Source of the DNA: a candidate division WOR-3 bacterium
Lineage (GTDB): Bacteria > Hydrothermota > Tepidihabitantia > SM23-42 > JAOAFX01
Reading direction: 5' to 3'
DNA length: 64,000 nt
NCBI GenBank assembly: GCA_037444665.1
Contig: JBBILZ010000002.1
Span: forward strand, 1 to 64,000
Positions 40,393 through 50,699 of the stretch are shown piece after piece (positions within the stretch are counted from its first letter, which is position 1; the number at the start of each line of letters is the position of its first letter). Both the position numbers and the translations under genes were made by a program. The notes beneath the pieces are model-generated. The model saw nothing but the letters and a program-made list of their open reading frames with translations, did not search any database and was not told the origin of the DNA.

Positions 40393-42054
40393 TTATCTAA
40401 TTATGGTCAATCTTCCTTTGCTTCTTTCTACCCTTTCTCCCTGGATTTCAATTACATAGATATACATTCCGCTAACCACATCTTTATTTTTTTCATTCTT
40501 TAAATTCCAGAATGCACACCGATGGAATCGGTCAACTTCGCTCTGGTCATCAAGAACACGCACGCGCTCACCCGCAATATTATAGATTGTCACCTTAAAT
40601 TCAGGAAATTGAGTTCCCAATTCTGTAGTATCTGATGGTGTATAAGATATTACTACACTCTTTCCCCATGAAGGAAGACGGTCAATCTTAAAGGGATTGG
40701 GATATGCGGCGACCTTTCCCAAGAAAACAGGGCTAATCCAGAATGAAGCAGTCATAATTGAATCTGCAGGTGAAATATTATATACTGTAACACCACTTGC
40801 AGAATCACCATAAAACCTGCTTGAGGGAATTGAGCCATCATAAAATCCAATAGAATCGCTCTTCCAGAGGTCTTCTGCTGTGCCCCAGGTTGACCCTGGC
40901 AATAAAAATTTTCCATCGCCATCTGCCTGCATAATACCTACCAGAGGATGATTCTCATTTGCATTTTGTGTCTTTGTATCATCAATGTGTAAAATCAATA
41001 ATCCATCACCAGGCAGGGAGCGGTCAAATCCAGTGCGGAATCTATTCTCAATTAAAAAATATTCGCCAGTGCCACCTGTATAACTATTCCAATCTGGCCC
41101 ACCCGGGTCTGCAAACATCCTTATTGCAAATGGGCTCTTTGCTGAACAGGGAATCTGATGATTTTCTAATTTGCTAATGCCATCCCTTTCAATTGCTGTT
41201 GGTAATAACCAGCCAAGCTGATACTTACACCAGACAGATAGATGCGCAGGCGTATTACCAGGCAGGTCAGAAGAATTTGCCCTTCCCCAGGAACCTGCTG
41301 CCATTAAGCAGAATATCCCAATACCATTTGTAGAATAATCTGTATCATACAAATCAGGTAGACCGAGCACATGACCAAACTCATGAACGAAAACACCAAC
41401 ACTGATTCTTGCCGCAGGATTTATCAGCCTTTCCGGCTCCATTGAATAATAATCAACCTTTACCCCATCATTTGTTTGATATGGTCCAGGGCAGCTTGTG
41501 CCGGTATTGGATAACTGCCACTGATGTGACCAGATGTCATGAATACTTCCAGTCTCTTCTGCACCGGGACCTGCATGGACAATAAATATTCCATCAACTA
41601 TACCATCCCCATCTCCATCATACTGTGAAAAATCAACATACGGGTCTGCCAGGGCACAGGCATCTTCTACGAGTTTCTGAACATTGTGCGGATAATCACT
41701 ATAAAATCCGAATGAATCTCCCACATAATAAGAATACAATTGTGGTGCACGCACCCAGCCGACCACATTGCTCTGTTTGCTTATGGTAAACTTGCCATAC
41801 GATACTTCACTGTAGTATTTGCGCATTGAATTTTCGTTTTCACCGTAGATTAGGGAATCAAACTGGGATTTCTGGTAAGTTGAAGCATTGTCGGAAAAAT
41901 CCACTAAAATTACAATTGCCCTTTTTTCACCGAGCGCAGGTTGAATCAGACCTGGTCCTCTGTTCATTAAGGCAGGGAATTTTGGTGGTATAATTGGAGC
42001 ACGGGTATAAGGGCTTGGTGGCATTAAAAACAAAAATAGTATAATTGATATCAT
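40393..42054 (-). CDS. M6 (immune inhibitor A) metalloprotease with C-terminal FlgD-Ig/T9SS-like domain
   Basis: VHAGPG, HEFGHVLGLPDLY, LMAAGSW, EYFLIENR; tail YPNPF..IYNIAGE..SGMYIY; start ATG 42054. Confidence 0.9.
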   Translation of the reverse strand: MISIILFLFLMPPSPYTRAPIIPPKFPALMNRGPGLIQPALGEKRAIVILVDFSDNASTYQKSQFDSLIYGENENSMRKYYSEVSYGKFTISKQSNVVGWVRAPQLYSYYVGDSFGFYSDYPHNVQKLVEDACALADPYVDFSQYDGDGDGIVDGIFIVHAGPGAEETGSIHDIWSHQWQLSNTGTSCPGPYQTNDGVKVDYYSMEPERLINPAARISVGVFVHEFGHVLGLPDLYDTDYSTNGIGIFCLMAAGSWGRANSSDLPGNTPAHLSVWCKYQLGWLLPTAIERDGISKLENHQIPCSAKSPFAIRMFADPGGPDWNSYTGGTGEYFLIENRFRTGFDRSLPGDGLLILHIDDTKTQNANENHPLVGIMQADGDGKFLLPGSTWGTAEDLWKSDSIGFYDGSIPSSRFYGDSASGVTVYNISPADSIMTASFWISPVFLGKVAAYPNPFKIDRLPSWGKSVVISYTPSDTTELGTQFPEFKVTIYNIAGERVRVLDDQSEVDRFHRCAFWNLKNEKNKDVVSGMYIYVIEIQGERVERSKGRLTIIR

Positions 42055-42222
42055 AATATTAAGTATACTCACTAAAAAAACGATGTCAACAAAAAAAATA
42101 ATTAACAAAATCTTGCAAAATTATGGTGTGTAAAAATTTACCCAATATATGAAATTTTTTCCTGAATTTTTAACAGCTAAATCAAAAAACCGATGAAATT
42201 TCATTGGATTTTATCACAAAAC

Positions 42223-42238
42223 TGGCATAAAATTTGCA
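42223..42238 (+). promoter_or_regulatory. sigma54 (-24/-12) promoter of the pilin operon
   Basis: TGGCATAAAATTTGCA: GG-N10-GC spacing. Confidence 0.7.
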
Positions 42239-42336
42239 TATATAATAACTGGATGAATAATAAATTTAATTGCCGCGGAACCAGTTATAACAAACCAAAT
42301 TTAGAACCGCGGCTGGTTTTAACAAAAGGAGGCTTT

Positions 42337-42861
42337 ATGCGAAAAGGATTCACGCTCATTGAAATGATGGTGGTAATCGGTATTATTGGTGTTATTATTG
42401 CACTTGCAGTCCCAAGCTTTGGGGCAATGCAAAGAAGGGCACGGATCAGAGCTGCTGCGCAGGAGATTGCCCAGGACCTCAGACAGATTAGAGAAAGGGC
42501 ACTTTCAACAAGCATTCCACACCAAATCGGGTTTAACCCTGGTACTCGCGAATATGTGGTTATCTATATTTCCAATGGTGTCCCGGTACAAAAATCATAC
42601 AGGGTAGCCCAAGCAACAGGTGGAAATATTAATTTTGGTTGCGTTGCAGGAGTTACCGGGCATCCACCCGAAGGTTGGAACGATGCACCTGCAGGTAACG
42701 GGATTGATTTTCCTCCGAATGATACACTTACCATTGACAACCGTGGTGGTGCTACACGGGGAGTAATTTACATAACTGACAATGTTGATAGTTACGCGAT
42801 CGGAATTAATACTCTTGGCAGAGTAAAAATATACAGGTATGGAAACAATGCCTGGAATTAG
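42337..42861 (+). CDS. Type IV minor pilin, FimT/FimU-like
   Basis: MRKG|FTLIEMM prepilin motif; start ATG 42337 after AGGAGG. Confidence 0.88.
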   Translation: MRKGFTLIEMMVVIGIIGVIIALAVPSFGAMQRRARIRAAAQEIAQDLRQIRERALSTSIPHQIGFNPGTREYVVIYISNGVPVQKSYRVAQATGGNINFGCVAGVTGHPPEGWNDAPAGNGIDFPPNDTLTIDNRGGATRGVIYITDNVDSYAIGINTLGRVKIYRYGNNAWN

Positions 42862-42877
42862 TAAGACAGGAGGTAAT

Positions 42878-43288
42878 ATGAAAAGGGGGTTTACCCTGGT
42901 TGAAATTCTGGTAGCAATGGTAATCCTTGCCCTGGGCATTCTTGGTGCAAGTCAGCTTACAATTATTAGTATGAGGACAAATCAAAAGATCAGAGATAGC
43001 AGAGAAGGCCGCGAATTGCTCACTCGGGGAATGGAAGTTCTAAAGATGGTTACAATCACTGACCCGCTGGTTGTCGGTACATGCGATTCAACACAACTTA
43101 ATGACACATTGCTTGCATTTAAGGCGGATTCAACCAATGCTGTGGGCATGGCAATAGGAAAAACAGTTTACAGCGTATTCTGGAATGTTGCAGACAATTA
43201 TCCTGAAACTGGCATAAAAACGATCAGGATGCAGGTTTTTAAGCGCGGGAAAAGGGTTATTTCGGCTGACTTTACAAAATGGAGGTAA
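42878..43288 (+). CDS. Type IV minor pilin, PilV-like
   Basis: MKRG|FTLVEILVAM. Confidence 0.85.
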   Translation: MKRGFTLVEILVAMVILALGILGASQLTIISMRTNQKIRDSREGRELLTRGMEVLKMVTITDPLVVGTCDSTQLNDTLLAFKADSTNAVGMAIGKTVYSVFWNVADNYPETGIKTIRMQVFKRGKRVISADFTKWR

Positions 43289-43290
43289 AA

Positions 43291-44235
43291 ATGAAAAAGG
43301 GTATGACCTTAATTGAATTGATGGTCTCTCTTGTGATTTTGATGATTGTTCTTGGTGCAATCTATTCAATATTAAACACCCAGCAGATTAAGGCAATCAA
43401 TGTTCAGACAACTTCTGTGCTACAAACCGATGCTCAAGCAGCATTATCAATCTTACGCTGGGATATTTTTATGGCAGGATACGGACTGGGATATAATGAT
43501 ATTGTTTTTTCGCCAACTAACTACAGCAATCAAAGAGATAGTCTGGGTATGCGCAGTATGGCTTTTAGTTTTGAGGCATCACGCGCAAACTGGACACCGA
43601 TTCTGGAGAATGTTATAAATAGCGACCGTATCAAAGTATTTCGCCATAAGGAAACCGAGAGCAATTTCAAGATCGGTGATAGATTCGCAATCATCAGCAA
43701 TAAGAGAAATTTAATGGATAGTGGGTTGGTGGTACAAAATATAGATACGATTAGTTATCAGGCAGGAGAAGATACAATTCCGGCACTTGAACTTCAATTG
43801 AATCGTATTACCAATGCAGGGCAGGGGTCTATCGCAATCATCTATGACCCTGATATCCTCGCAAATGGCATTGGCTATTATGTTAATAATCAAAGACAAC
43901 TTATGCGCGGCAATGAGGTTTTCCTTGAGAATGTAGAGGATATACAGTTCAGATACGGAGTGGACGAGAATGATAATGGCATAATTGACAGTCTAACAAG
44001 TTACAATGAATGGCACAATGACCTAACTAATTTTTCATTGAATGACCTTGTAAGGCATATGCTGGTGCTAAGGGTCACATTCGTTGCCTTAACTGAAAAA
44101 GGATTGAGCGATTATCGCTATCCAGATGCAACAGTAACTGTTGAAGACCATACTTATCCACTCAATGATATACAGCGTCGCTATAAAAGGGTCTTTGTCC
44201 AAACAATTGTCTGGCCGAGAAATTACCGCAGTTAG
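43291..44235 (+). CDS. Type IV minor pilin, PilW-like
   Basis: MKKG|MTLIELM, DIFMAGYG, ENVEDIQFRYGVD, PRN at the C-terminus. Confidence 0.88.
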   Translation: MKKGMTLIELMVSLVILMIVLGAIYSILNTQQIKAINVQTTSVLQTDAQAALSILRWDIFMAGYGLGYNDIVFSPTNYSNQRDSLGMRSMAFSFEASRANWTPILENVINSDRIKVFRHKETESNFKIGDRFAIISNKRNLMDSGLVVQNIDTISYQAGEDTIPALELQLNRITNAGQGSIAIIYDPDILANGIGYYVNNQRQLMRGNEVFLENVEDIQFRYGVDENDNGIIDSLTSYNEWHNDLTNFSLNDLVRHMLVLRVTFVALTEKGLSDYRYPDATVTVEDHTYPLNDIQRRYKRVFVQTIVWPRNYRS

Positions 44236-44243
44236 GAGGAGAT

Positions 44244-44732
44244 ATGAAAAAAATACCTGAATGCATAAAGGGTAAAAAACCTAAAGTGCAAAAGGGCATT
44301 GCCCTGCTCGTTGCCTTAGGAACAATGGTTGTGCTCCTTATTGTGGGAGCCCTGGCAATCTATCTTGTTACGCGTGCGTTGAATGTTACAAGCGGGCAGG
44401 TAAGATATCAGAGTGCGTTTGAAGCCTGCGAAGGGGGCCTTGAAATAGGGGTATTGCGTGCACATACCGGATTTGAACAGCATACCATAGATTCGTTATA
44501 TCAACAGAAGAATATTGGTAATTATCGGGTTCATATCTATGTTCAACCCCTGTTTGCCGCAACCGAAGCTGGTTCTGTGATAAAATTTGCCCGTGGTTAT
44601 TTTGGTGCAGGCCAGGGGCTTGCTGGTGGTGGTGCGAGTTATTACTACAAAATTGTAGCAGCATCGCACGGAGTTAGCGGTGATAGTGTTACAACTGAAA
44701 CCGAAATAAAACGGGTAATCGGTATTGATTAA
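44244..44732 (+). CDS. Type IV minor pilin, PilX-like
   Basis: QKG|IALLVAL lacking E5, AFEACEGG. Confidence 0.85.
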   Translation: MKKIPECIKGKKPKVQKGIALLVALGTMVVLLIVGALAIYLVTRALNVTSGQVRYQSAFEACEGGLEIGVLRAHTGFEQHTIDSLYQQKNIGNYRVHIYVQPLFAATEAGSVIKFARGYFGAGQGLAGGGASYYYKIVAASHGVSGDSVTTETEIKRVIGID

Positions 44733-44755
44733 CCTGTCAAAATCAGGAGGATAAA

Positions 44756-47700
44756 ATGAAGAAAATAATTTTTGTCATTCTATTAATGGGCAGCATATTC
44801 ATTGCCCAGGAGATGAACAATTACTGCACTGCACCACCTTTTGTAGGTGGCAAGACTGCGGTGGTAAAACCATATGTTTTATTGGTGCAGGATATGACCG
44901 GAAGTATGAGATTCTGGGCATACCATAACTGGGGCGAAGCTTATAATCCGAATTTTACATACTATGGGTATGCAAATCCGAGTTACACCTATGATTCCAC
45001 GAATGTAGGTGGTTCTTGGTACTTTATCAAACACTCCGGCCCCGGGGATGGGAAATGGAGTGGTAACTGGATTAATTATTACTTTATGACAAGAATTGAT
45101 ATTGCTCGTAAGGCATTTACAGGTGGAAAAGGAGTTGCCTATAATAATAAATCACGCCTTTTATTTGAACGACCAGCACCTACAAGTAAGAAAACCTGGT
45201 ATGGGATTGTAACGAGTGATTCTACTGAACGAACCACAGGTATTATCAGAGCGATTGCAGATGTTGATACGCCATATTATCAATGGGACCCTGAGGCACC
45301 ACGATTTGCCCTTTTAACTTTTTCAACCCATTTTAGGTTTTACGAAAGGGTCAAGTGTACATTTGATTCAAGTCTAATAAGATTACTCACTGTGCTTGAA
45401 AACCAGGATAACCAGAATCAACCTACTGGCGGAACACCAACCGGCAATGCAATATTTGAAGCAATACACTACCTCCGCTTTTTGAGTGGGCCACATTTCA
45501 GTCGGAGCCCGGTGAATTATTCCTGGAATGCCTCTTGGGTGGGAACACCGCGCGACCCCTGGTATGAAGTAGTGGGTGATGATAGTGTATCAGTATCTTG
45601 CAGACCTATGTTTGCCATAGTGATCGGTGATGGTGGTTCAAATTCTGATGCCAGTTCTATCAATTGTTCTCACCTGACCTGGTATGCATCGCCTTATGGA
45701 GCAACCCACAATAGCTTCTGGAATTATGACCATGATGAAGATTATGCAAATAATCCGTATAATGGAATTGACCCTTACGACGATTGTAGTGGGTGGAATA
45801 ATCCCCGGGCACCCAATCCAATATATTTACATACAAGACCCGGAGATGATTATGCATATTATGCCCATGTGAATGATTTGAGGCCCGATATCCCTGATAA
45901 TCAGACAATCAATTTCTATTCTATATATCTGTTTGCACGCGGGGAAGACAGTGATGCGGATTCTATATTATTCAGAAAGATTGCAAAACATGGTGGTTTT
46001 ATTGATTCAGACTTTCCAGGTTTTCCTGGTTATAAAAAGTATGACAAGCAAAGCGAGTATGATTCAAACAACGATGGCAGACCAGACCATTTCTTTTATG
46101 TCCAGGATGGGCAGCAGCTTGAGGATGCACTTGAGGAGATATTTGTAGATATTCATGCGATTTCAAGAGTGACAAGTGCTTCAGCCGCATCGGTCAGTGG
46201 TGGTGGTATGAAGGGTGCAGGGCTCCTTGTCAATGCCCAGTTTTGGCCCAGAATGGTATTACCAAGTTATGATTTAAAATGGCTCGGAAGTGTGCAGTCC
46301 TTATGGGTTGATGACTCAGGGCTTGTGCGTGAAGAGACGCAGGGAAATTTGCGTCTGAATTTAAAACAGGATAATGTGGTAAAGATGTTCTTTTCAACTT
46401 CATATAATCAAACAATGGCCGCACGATTTGCTGATACTGCAGGTATTAGTATGGAATCACTATTGGTTCCCCTTGATACAGTCCCGGTAGAAAGTCTTAA
46501 TTTTATCTGGAATGCAGGTAGAATTCTGCGCACTACATTACCCGCAAACAGAACAATATACACAAATTTAAATGGCACACTTTCACCTTTTACTACTGCA
46601 ATTGATAGTATTAAACCTCATCTGGGATTTTACAGCGGAAATGCTGATTCCTGCGATAAATTGATAAATTATATCCGGGGGACAGATTATAGTCTGTGGC
46701 GGAGAAGACTTTTTACTGATAACAATGTATGGAAGCTCGGCGATATAATCTATTCCCAGCCCATGCTTGTTGGTTCGCCAGCAGAACTATATGATTTAAT
46801 CTACAGCGACAATAGTTATAATGAATTCTGGAACCAGTATAAAGACCGCAGATTAGTTATTTACACTGGTGCAAATGATGGCATGCTACACGCATTTAAC
46901 TCAGGACTATATCAGAGACTGAGTGGTCCTTTTGAAATTGCAGAAATTGACCCCTTAGGTAAAACATTAGGACAGGAACTCTGGGCATATATTCCTTTTA
47001 ATCTTTTGCCTCATCTCAAATGGCTCAGGGATACTACTTACTGCCATGTCTGTTATGTTGATTTAAAACCATACCCTACAGATGCGAGGATATTTACTGC
47101 AGATGCTGACCATCCGCAGGGATGGGGAACAATTCTAGTTGCTGGCATGCGTCAGGGTGGTTATCCAATAACGGTCGGCTCAAACACTTATCAGTCATCC
47201 TATTCCTGCCTGGATATTACCAATCCTGAAAGTGGCTCATATCCAAGGCTCCTCTGGGAATTTACCCGCAGTGATTTAGGGCTTACAATGTGTGTGCCTA
47301 CCCTTGTCAAATTACAAAACACTTGGTATTTAGTCTTCGGGTCAGGCCCACAATCACTATTTGGTGAAGTCACCCAGCGGGGTAGAATATTTGTCCTAAA
47401 TCCACTTACCGGTGATACTGTTCGCACCATCGTCCTCAATGATACCTGTGCAATCACCAATATCTTTGCAGCAGATTGGGGATTGAACTACTCTACAGAA
47501 TTGATCTATTTTGGAACTTATGATAACCATCGCCGCGGAAAGATATATCGGATAATGACCCATGAAGATGCTAACCCCGGCACCTGGACCTATCAGCAAG
47601 TTATCAATCTAAATAAACCAATTACTGCCGAAGGCTCGGTTGCGACTGATGAATATGGTAGATTGTGGATATATTTTGGCAGTGGTAAATATCTTTCAAA

Positions 47701-48313
47701 TCCTGACGCAGCAAATCAGGATACAATGGTCTTTATTGGTATAAAGGATGATACAACACTTGGCACACCAACAATTCCTGCTTTTACTTATAATGACCTT
47801 TTTGATGTAACAAATGTGAAGGTTTATGATGATTCCGTGACTGGCGCGGGTCCTGGAGTGGATACCTGGGATGAATTGGTTGATGCGGTTGGAGCAAAGC
47901 AGGGTTGGTTTATGAAATTCAATGACCCGCCAGGAGAGCGTGTGATAACCACGCCGGTGGTGCTTGGTGGTGCAGTTATTTTCACCACATTCATTCCTAC
48001 AGATACTACAGGTGGAGGCGCCACTGGTCCTGACCTGTGTATTGGTGGAAGTGGTGGACCATCATCGGGAAATCTCTGGGCAGTATATTACCTGACCGGC
48101 ACTGCCTATAAAGAGGCAATCCTGGGCAAGAATGTCTCTGGTGAACATATAAAAAAGGTTGGTGTTGTTGGAGATCTACCTTCAGAACCTTCACTTGTAA
48201 TTGGACCAAAACAGGAAAAAGTATTTATTCAAACCTCAGGTGGTATAAAAGAGATTCAGACACCACTGCCTTATAATCCACGCGGTGGTGTGATGTTATG
48301 GCGTGGCCGTTAA
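44756..48313 (+). CDS. pilY1: PilY1/PilC pilus adhesin
   Basis: N-terminal vWA-like DMTGSM, GGTP; propeller motifs WKLGDIIYSQP, GANDGMLHAF, GQELWAYIP, YFGSGKY. Confidence 0.9.
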   Translation: MKKIIFVILLMGSIFIAQEMNNYCTAPPFVGGKTAVVKPYVLLVQDMTGSMRFWAYHNWGEAYNPNFTYYGYANPSYTYDSTNVGGSWYFIKHSGPGDGKWSGNWINYYFMTRIDIARKAFTGGKGVAYNNKSRLLFERPAPTSKKTWYGIVTSDSTERTTGIIRAIADVDTPYYQWDPEAPRFALLTFSTHFRFYERVKCTFDSSLIRLLTVLENQDNQNQPTGGTPTGNAIFEAIHYLRFLSGPHFSRSPVNYSWNASWVGTPRDPWYEVVGDDSVSVSCRPMFAIVIGDGGSNSDASSINCSHLTWYASPYGATHNSFWNYDHDEDYANNPYNGIDPYDDCSGWNNPRAPNPIYLHTRPGDDYAYYAHVNDLRPDIPDNQTINFYSIYLFARGEDSDADSILFRKIAKHGGFIDSDFPGFPGYKKYDKQSEYDSNNDGRPDHFFYVQDGQQLEDALEEIFVDIHAISRVTSASAASVSGGGMKGAGLLVNAQFWPRMVLPSYDLKWLGSVQSLWVDDSGLVREETQGNLRLNLKQDNVVKMFFSTSYNQTMAARFADTAGISMESLLVPLDTVPVESLNFIWNAGRILRTTLPANRTIYTNLNGTLSPFTTAIDSIKPHLGFYSGNADSCDKLINYIRGTDYSLWRRRLFTDNNVWKLGDIIYSQPMLVGSPAELYDLIYSDNSYNEFWNQYKDRRLVIYTGANDGMLHAFNSGLYQRLSGPFEIAEIDPLGKTLGQELWAYIPFNLLPHLKWLRDTTYCHVCYVDLKPYPTDARIFTADADHPQGWGTILVAGMRQGGYPITVGSNTYQSSYSCLDITNPESGSYPRLLWEFTRSDLGLTMCVPTLVKLQNTWYLVFGSGPQSLFGEVTQRGRIFVLNPLTGDTVRTIVLNDTCAITNIFAADWGLNYSTELIYFGTYDNHRRGKIYRIMTHEDANPGTWTYQQVINLNKPITAEGSVATDEYGRLWIYFGSGKYLSNPDAANQDTMVFIGIKDDTTLGTPTIPAFTYNDLFDVTNVKVYDDSVTGAGPGVDTWDELVDAVGAKQGWFMKFNDPPGERVITTPVVLGGAVIFTTFIPTDTTGGGATGPDLCIGGSGGPSSGNLWAVYYLTGTAYKEAILGKNVSGEHIKKVGVVGDLPSEPSLVIGPKQEKVFIQTSGGIKEIQTPLPYNPRGGVMLWRGR

Positions 48314-48327
48314 TAAGGAGAGAAAAA

Positions 48328-48708
48328 ATGAAGTTGATCAATTTAATTTTGTTAATTCCAGTCATTCTTATCGCACAGGAAGCAATAGATAAACCTGTGG
48401 ACAAAATAGAATACTTTGAAAAGGATGCTGACTGGCTTGTGCCTTCAGAGATAGGGACAATTCTTGAAATAAAAGGTGATTCTATAAACTATGAAGAGGC
48501 GTGGATGCGAATAATACCAAACAGAACTGTAATTACTGATAGGTCAGGCAACACGCTCAGCATTGAAAAACTTCAGGCTCCCTGTAAGGTAGAGATCAGT
48601 TTCTTTGGAAAAGGAAAACATAAATTCATCATCTCCATAAAACTGTTGAAGCAACTTCAGTATACATCAGATGGTTACATAATCGGTGACGAAACGATAA
48701 CTGAATGA
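48328..48708 (+). CDS. Exported hypothetical protein
   Basis: AAGGAG then ATG 48328; signal peptide. Confidence 0.65.
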   Translation: MKLINLILLIPVILIAQEAIDKPVDKIEYFEKDADWLVPSEIGTILEIKGDSINYEEAWMRIIPNRTVITDRSGNTLSIEKLQAPCKVEISFFGKGKHKFIISIKLLKQLQYTSDGYIIGDETITE

Positions 48709-48717
48709 TATTATCAA

Positions 48718-48758
48718 GGGGGCAGGCTCTGTTTAGGATTTAAACATAGCATGCCCCC
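48718..48758 (+). terminator. Long imperfect hairpin after the pilin operon
   Basis: gggggca...tgccccc stem with internal pairing; weak T tail. Confidence 0.5.
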
Positions 48759-48812
48759 TCTTGACTTCATAAAAACTCTGGTTATAATATCCAATGTTAT
48801 CTGGAGGTTCTG

Positions 48813-49718
48813 GTGAAAAAAGATAGATTATTATCTGTTTTAATATTATTATCATTAGTAATCGCTTGCGGTGGAGGAAAAAAAGAAGAACACGGAGGCA
48901 AAAATGTTCCACCTGAAATTAAAGATATAGCAATATTGCCTGCTAATCCAACATTAGGTTCAAGATTAATCCTCCGTATAAATGCCTATGACAAAGATGG
49001 CGACGATATAAACTTTTTGGTCAATTGGTATGTAAATGATACAAGGATTGGAGAGGGGATTGAATTCTATGCAGAAAATGTGAGAAAAGGAGATAAGATT
49101 TTTGCCGAGGTGACACCGTATGATGGAAAAGAAAAGGGTGCGACTAAAAGGAGTGATGCAGTTATCGTTGGTAATGCCCCACCACAAATAAAGTCGGTAA
49201 AAATATCCCCTGATAGTATTCTCACCTCAACAGATGAACTGACAGTTTCAGGAGAAGGTTTTGACCCTGATGGTGATTCATTAAGGTGGGTTTGCTACTG
49301 GACCTTTAATTATACAAATCGGCTCCCTGATTCATCCACCACCCTTAAATTAAAAAATTTAAAAATAAAAAAAGGCGACCGATTATCTGCAGAATTATAT
49401 GCATTTGATGGTGATACTGTTTCAAATCCTTATGTCCTGCAAATAGATATTGTTAACTCACCACCTGTTTTGAAAGAAGGATTAGATTCTATACCATATA
49501 AACCTGATAGCATATATTATAAAGTTCCCATCATTGACCCGGATGGAGATGAACTCAGTTTTGAATTGTTGAAATCACCTTTAGGATTGAAAATTGATAA
49601 AAAGACAGGTGTGATTTCTGGTGTCGTTGAAGCAAATATGAACTTTGAGGTTCTGGTTCGGGCAACAGACGGTGATGGTGCATATTTGGATGCGAAATTT
49701 ACACTGACTGCACCGTAA
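48813..49718 (+). CDS. Lipoprotein with Ig/cadherin-like repeats
   Basis: VIACG lipobox; repeated NxPP...DxDGD units. Confidence 0.8.
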   Translation: MKKDRLLSVLILLSLVIACGGGKKEEHGGKNVPPEIKDIAILPANPTLGSRLILRINAYDKDGDDINFLVNWYVNDTRIGEGIEFYAENVRKGDKIFAEVTPYDGKEKGATKRSDAVIVGNAPPQIKSVKISPDSILTSTDELTVSGEGFDPDGDSLRWVCYWTFNYTNRLPDSSTTLKLKNLKIKKGDRLSAELYAFDGDTVSNPYVLQIDIVNSPPVLKEGLDSIPYKPDSIYYKVPIIDPDGDELSFELLKSPLGLKIDKKTGVISGVVEANMNFEVLVRATDGDGAYLDAKFTLTAP

Positions 49719-49799
49719 AAAGATCAAGGGTTAGCAAGGATAATCAAGGGGTATCAGGGGTTATTAAGTGTTATTAAAGATAATAAAAAGGTTAAGAAA

Positions 49800-50552
49800 T
49801 TGAGATTTAAAAAATTGGAAATTGGGATTTGCTTGGTATTTGGTATTTGGTCCGCCACGCCGGGTGGTGGATTGGGATTTTCTCAAACATTGGTTTTTCA
49901 ATCTGGTGATACACTCAAGTTTTATAAGAATGATAGCATCGTTGACCAGTGGATTCTTGAAAATAAAGAAGACGCTTCTTATTATTTGTTACAGAAGGCA
50001 AAACTTGCCCAGGATAACAAATCTTTTTTGCTTTACGAAGAGAAAAAATTCATAGAAAAGGATAGTACTATTACAATAATCAGCCTTTATAAAGCAGACA
50101 AAAAGAAAATCTGGACGAGGACAAAGGGTGGCACAGAAAAGTTCTCTTTTGATTTAACAAAAATTTATCCTGAGAGAGTAATTCTTTTTATTACTGACAC
50201 ATACAATTCTTCACCGAGAATGGAGATTCTTAAAGAAAAAGAACCAAAAAAGACATTGAATCTTAAGGAGTGGAGCGGAATTGTAAATTATGAAGTTTCG
50301 CCAAATGGAAGATATATTATTTTCCACGCAAAAAAACCTTATAATAACAAACTATGGGATTATATATATTTTATTGATTTAAATACAAATAAGTCCTGGG
50401 AATATCTATTTCCAATATGCTTTTCCTGCAAAAGAGGCAGGATTAATTTGAAGATTGATGACGAGGGAAAGAGTGAGGTAGTATATAAAAACGAACATAG
50501 AATATTTGATAAAGAAGGAAATTTGGTGGATGTATTTGTGAAACTTGATTAA
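49800..50552 (+). CDS. Exported hypothetical protein, N-terminus overlapping heptamer repeats
   Basis: 250-aa ORF, VSPNGRYI propeller-like motif, CFSC. Confidence 0.7.
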   Translation: MRFKKLEIGICLVFGIWSATPGGGLGFSQTLVFQSGDTLKFYKNDSIVDQWILENKEDASYYLLQKAKLAQDNKSFLLYEEKKFIEKDSTITIISLYKADKKKIWTRTKGGTEKFSFDLTKIYPERVILFITDTYNSSPRMEILKEKEPKKTLNLKEWSGIVNYEVSPNGRYIIFHAKKPYNNKLWDYIYFIDLNTNKSWEYLFPICFSCKRGRINLKIDDEGKSEVVYKNEHRIFDKEGNLVDVFVKLD

Positions 50553-50562
50553 AACAAATAAC

Positions 50563-50655
50563 GCAAAAATCAACTCTTTTCCGCCTGCCAGAAAAATGTT
50601 GATTTTTGCTCATTTTTCAACCATTCTCTGCCAGCCAAAAATTTGTTAATTTTGT
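50563..50655. repeat. Left hairpin flank of RAYT
   Basis: gcaaaaatcaac...gttgatttttgc stem with a ccgcctgccag loop; about 70 bp direct repeat of the right flank. Confidence 0.85.
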
Positions 50656-50699
50656 ATTGACAAACCTCCAAATCCGATTATAATGTTCCTGAAAAAATT

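Noticed and set aside
42270..42330. Riboswitch in the pilin leader (ccgcgg twice, aaccag/ctggtt)
   Set aside because: No recognisable c-di-GMP or other aptamer core; only a weak hairpin.
44756..48313. Diversity-generating retroelement or shufflon acting on PilY1
   Set aside because: No reverse transcriptase, recombinase or template/variable repeat pair seen.
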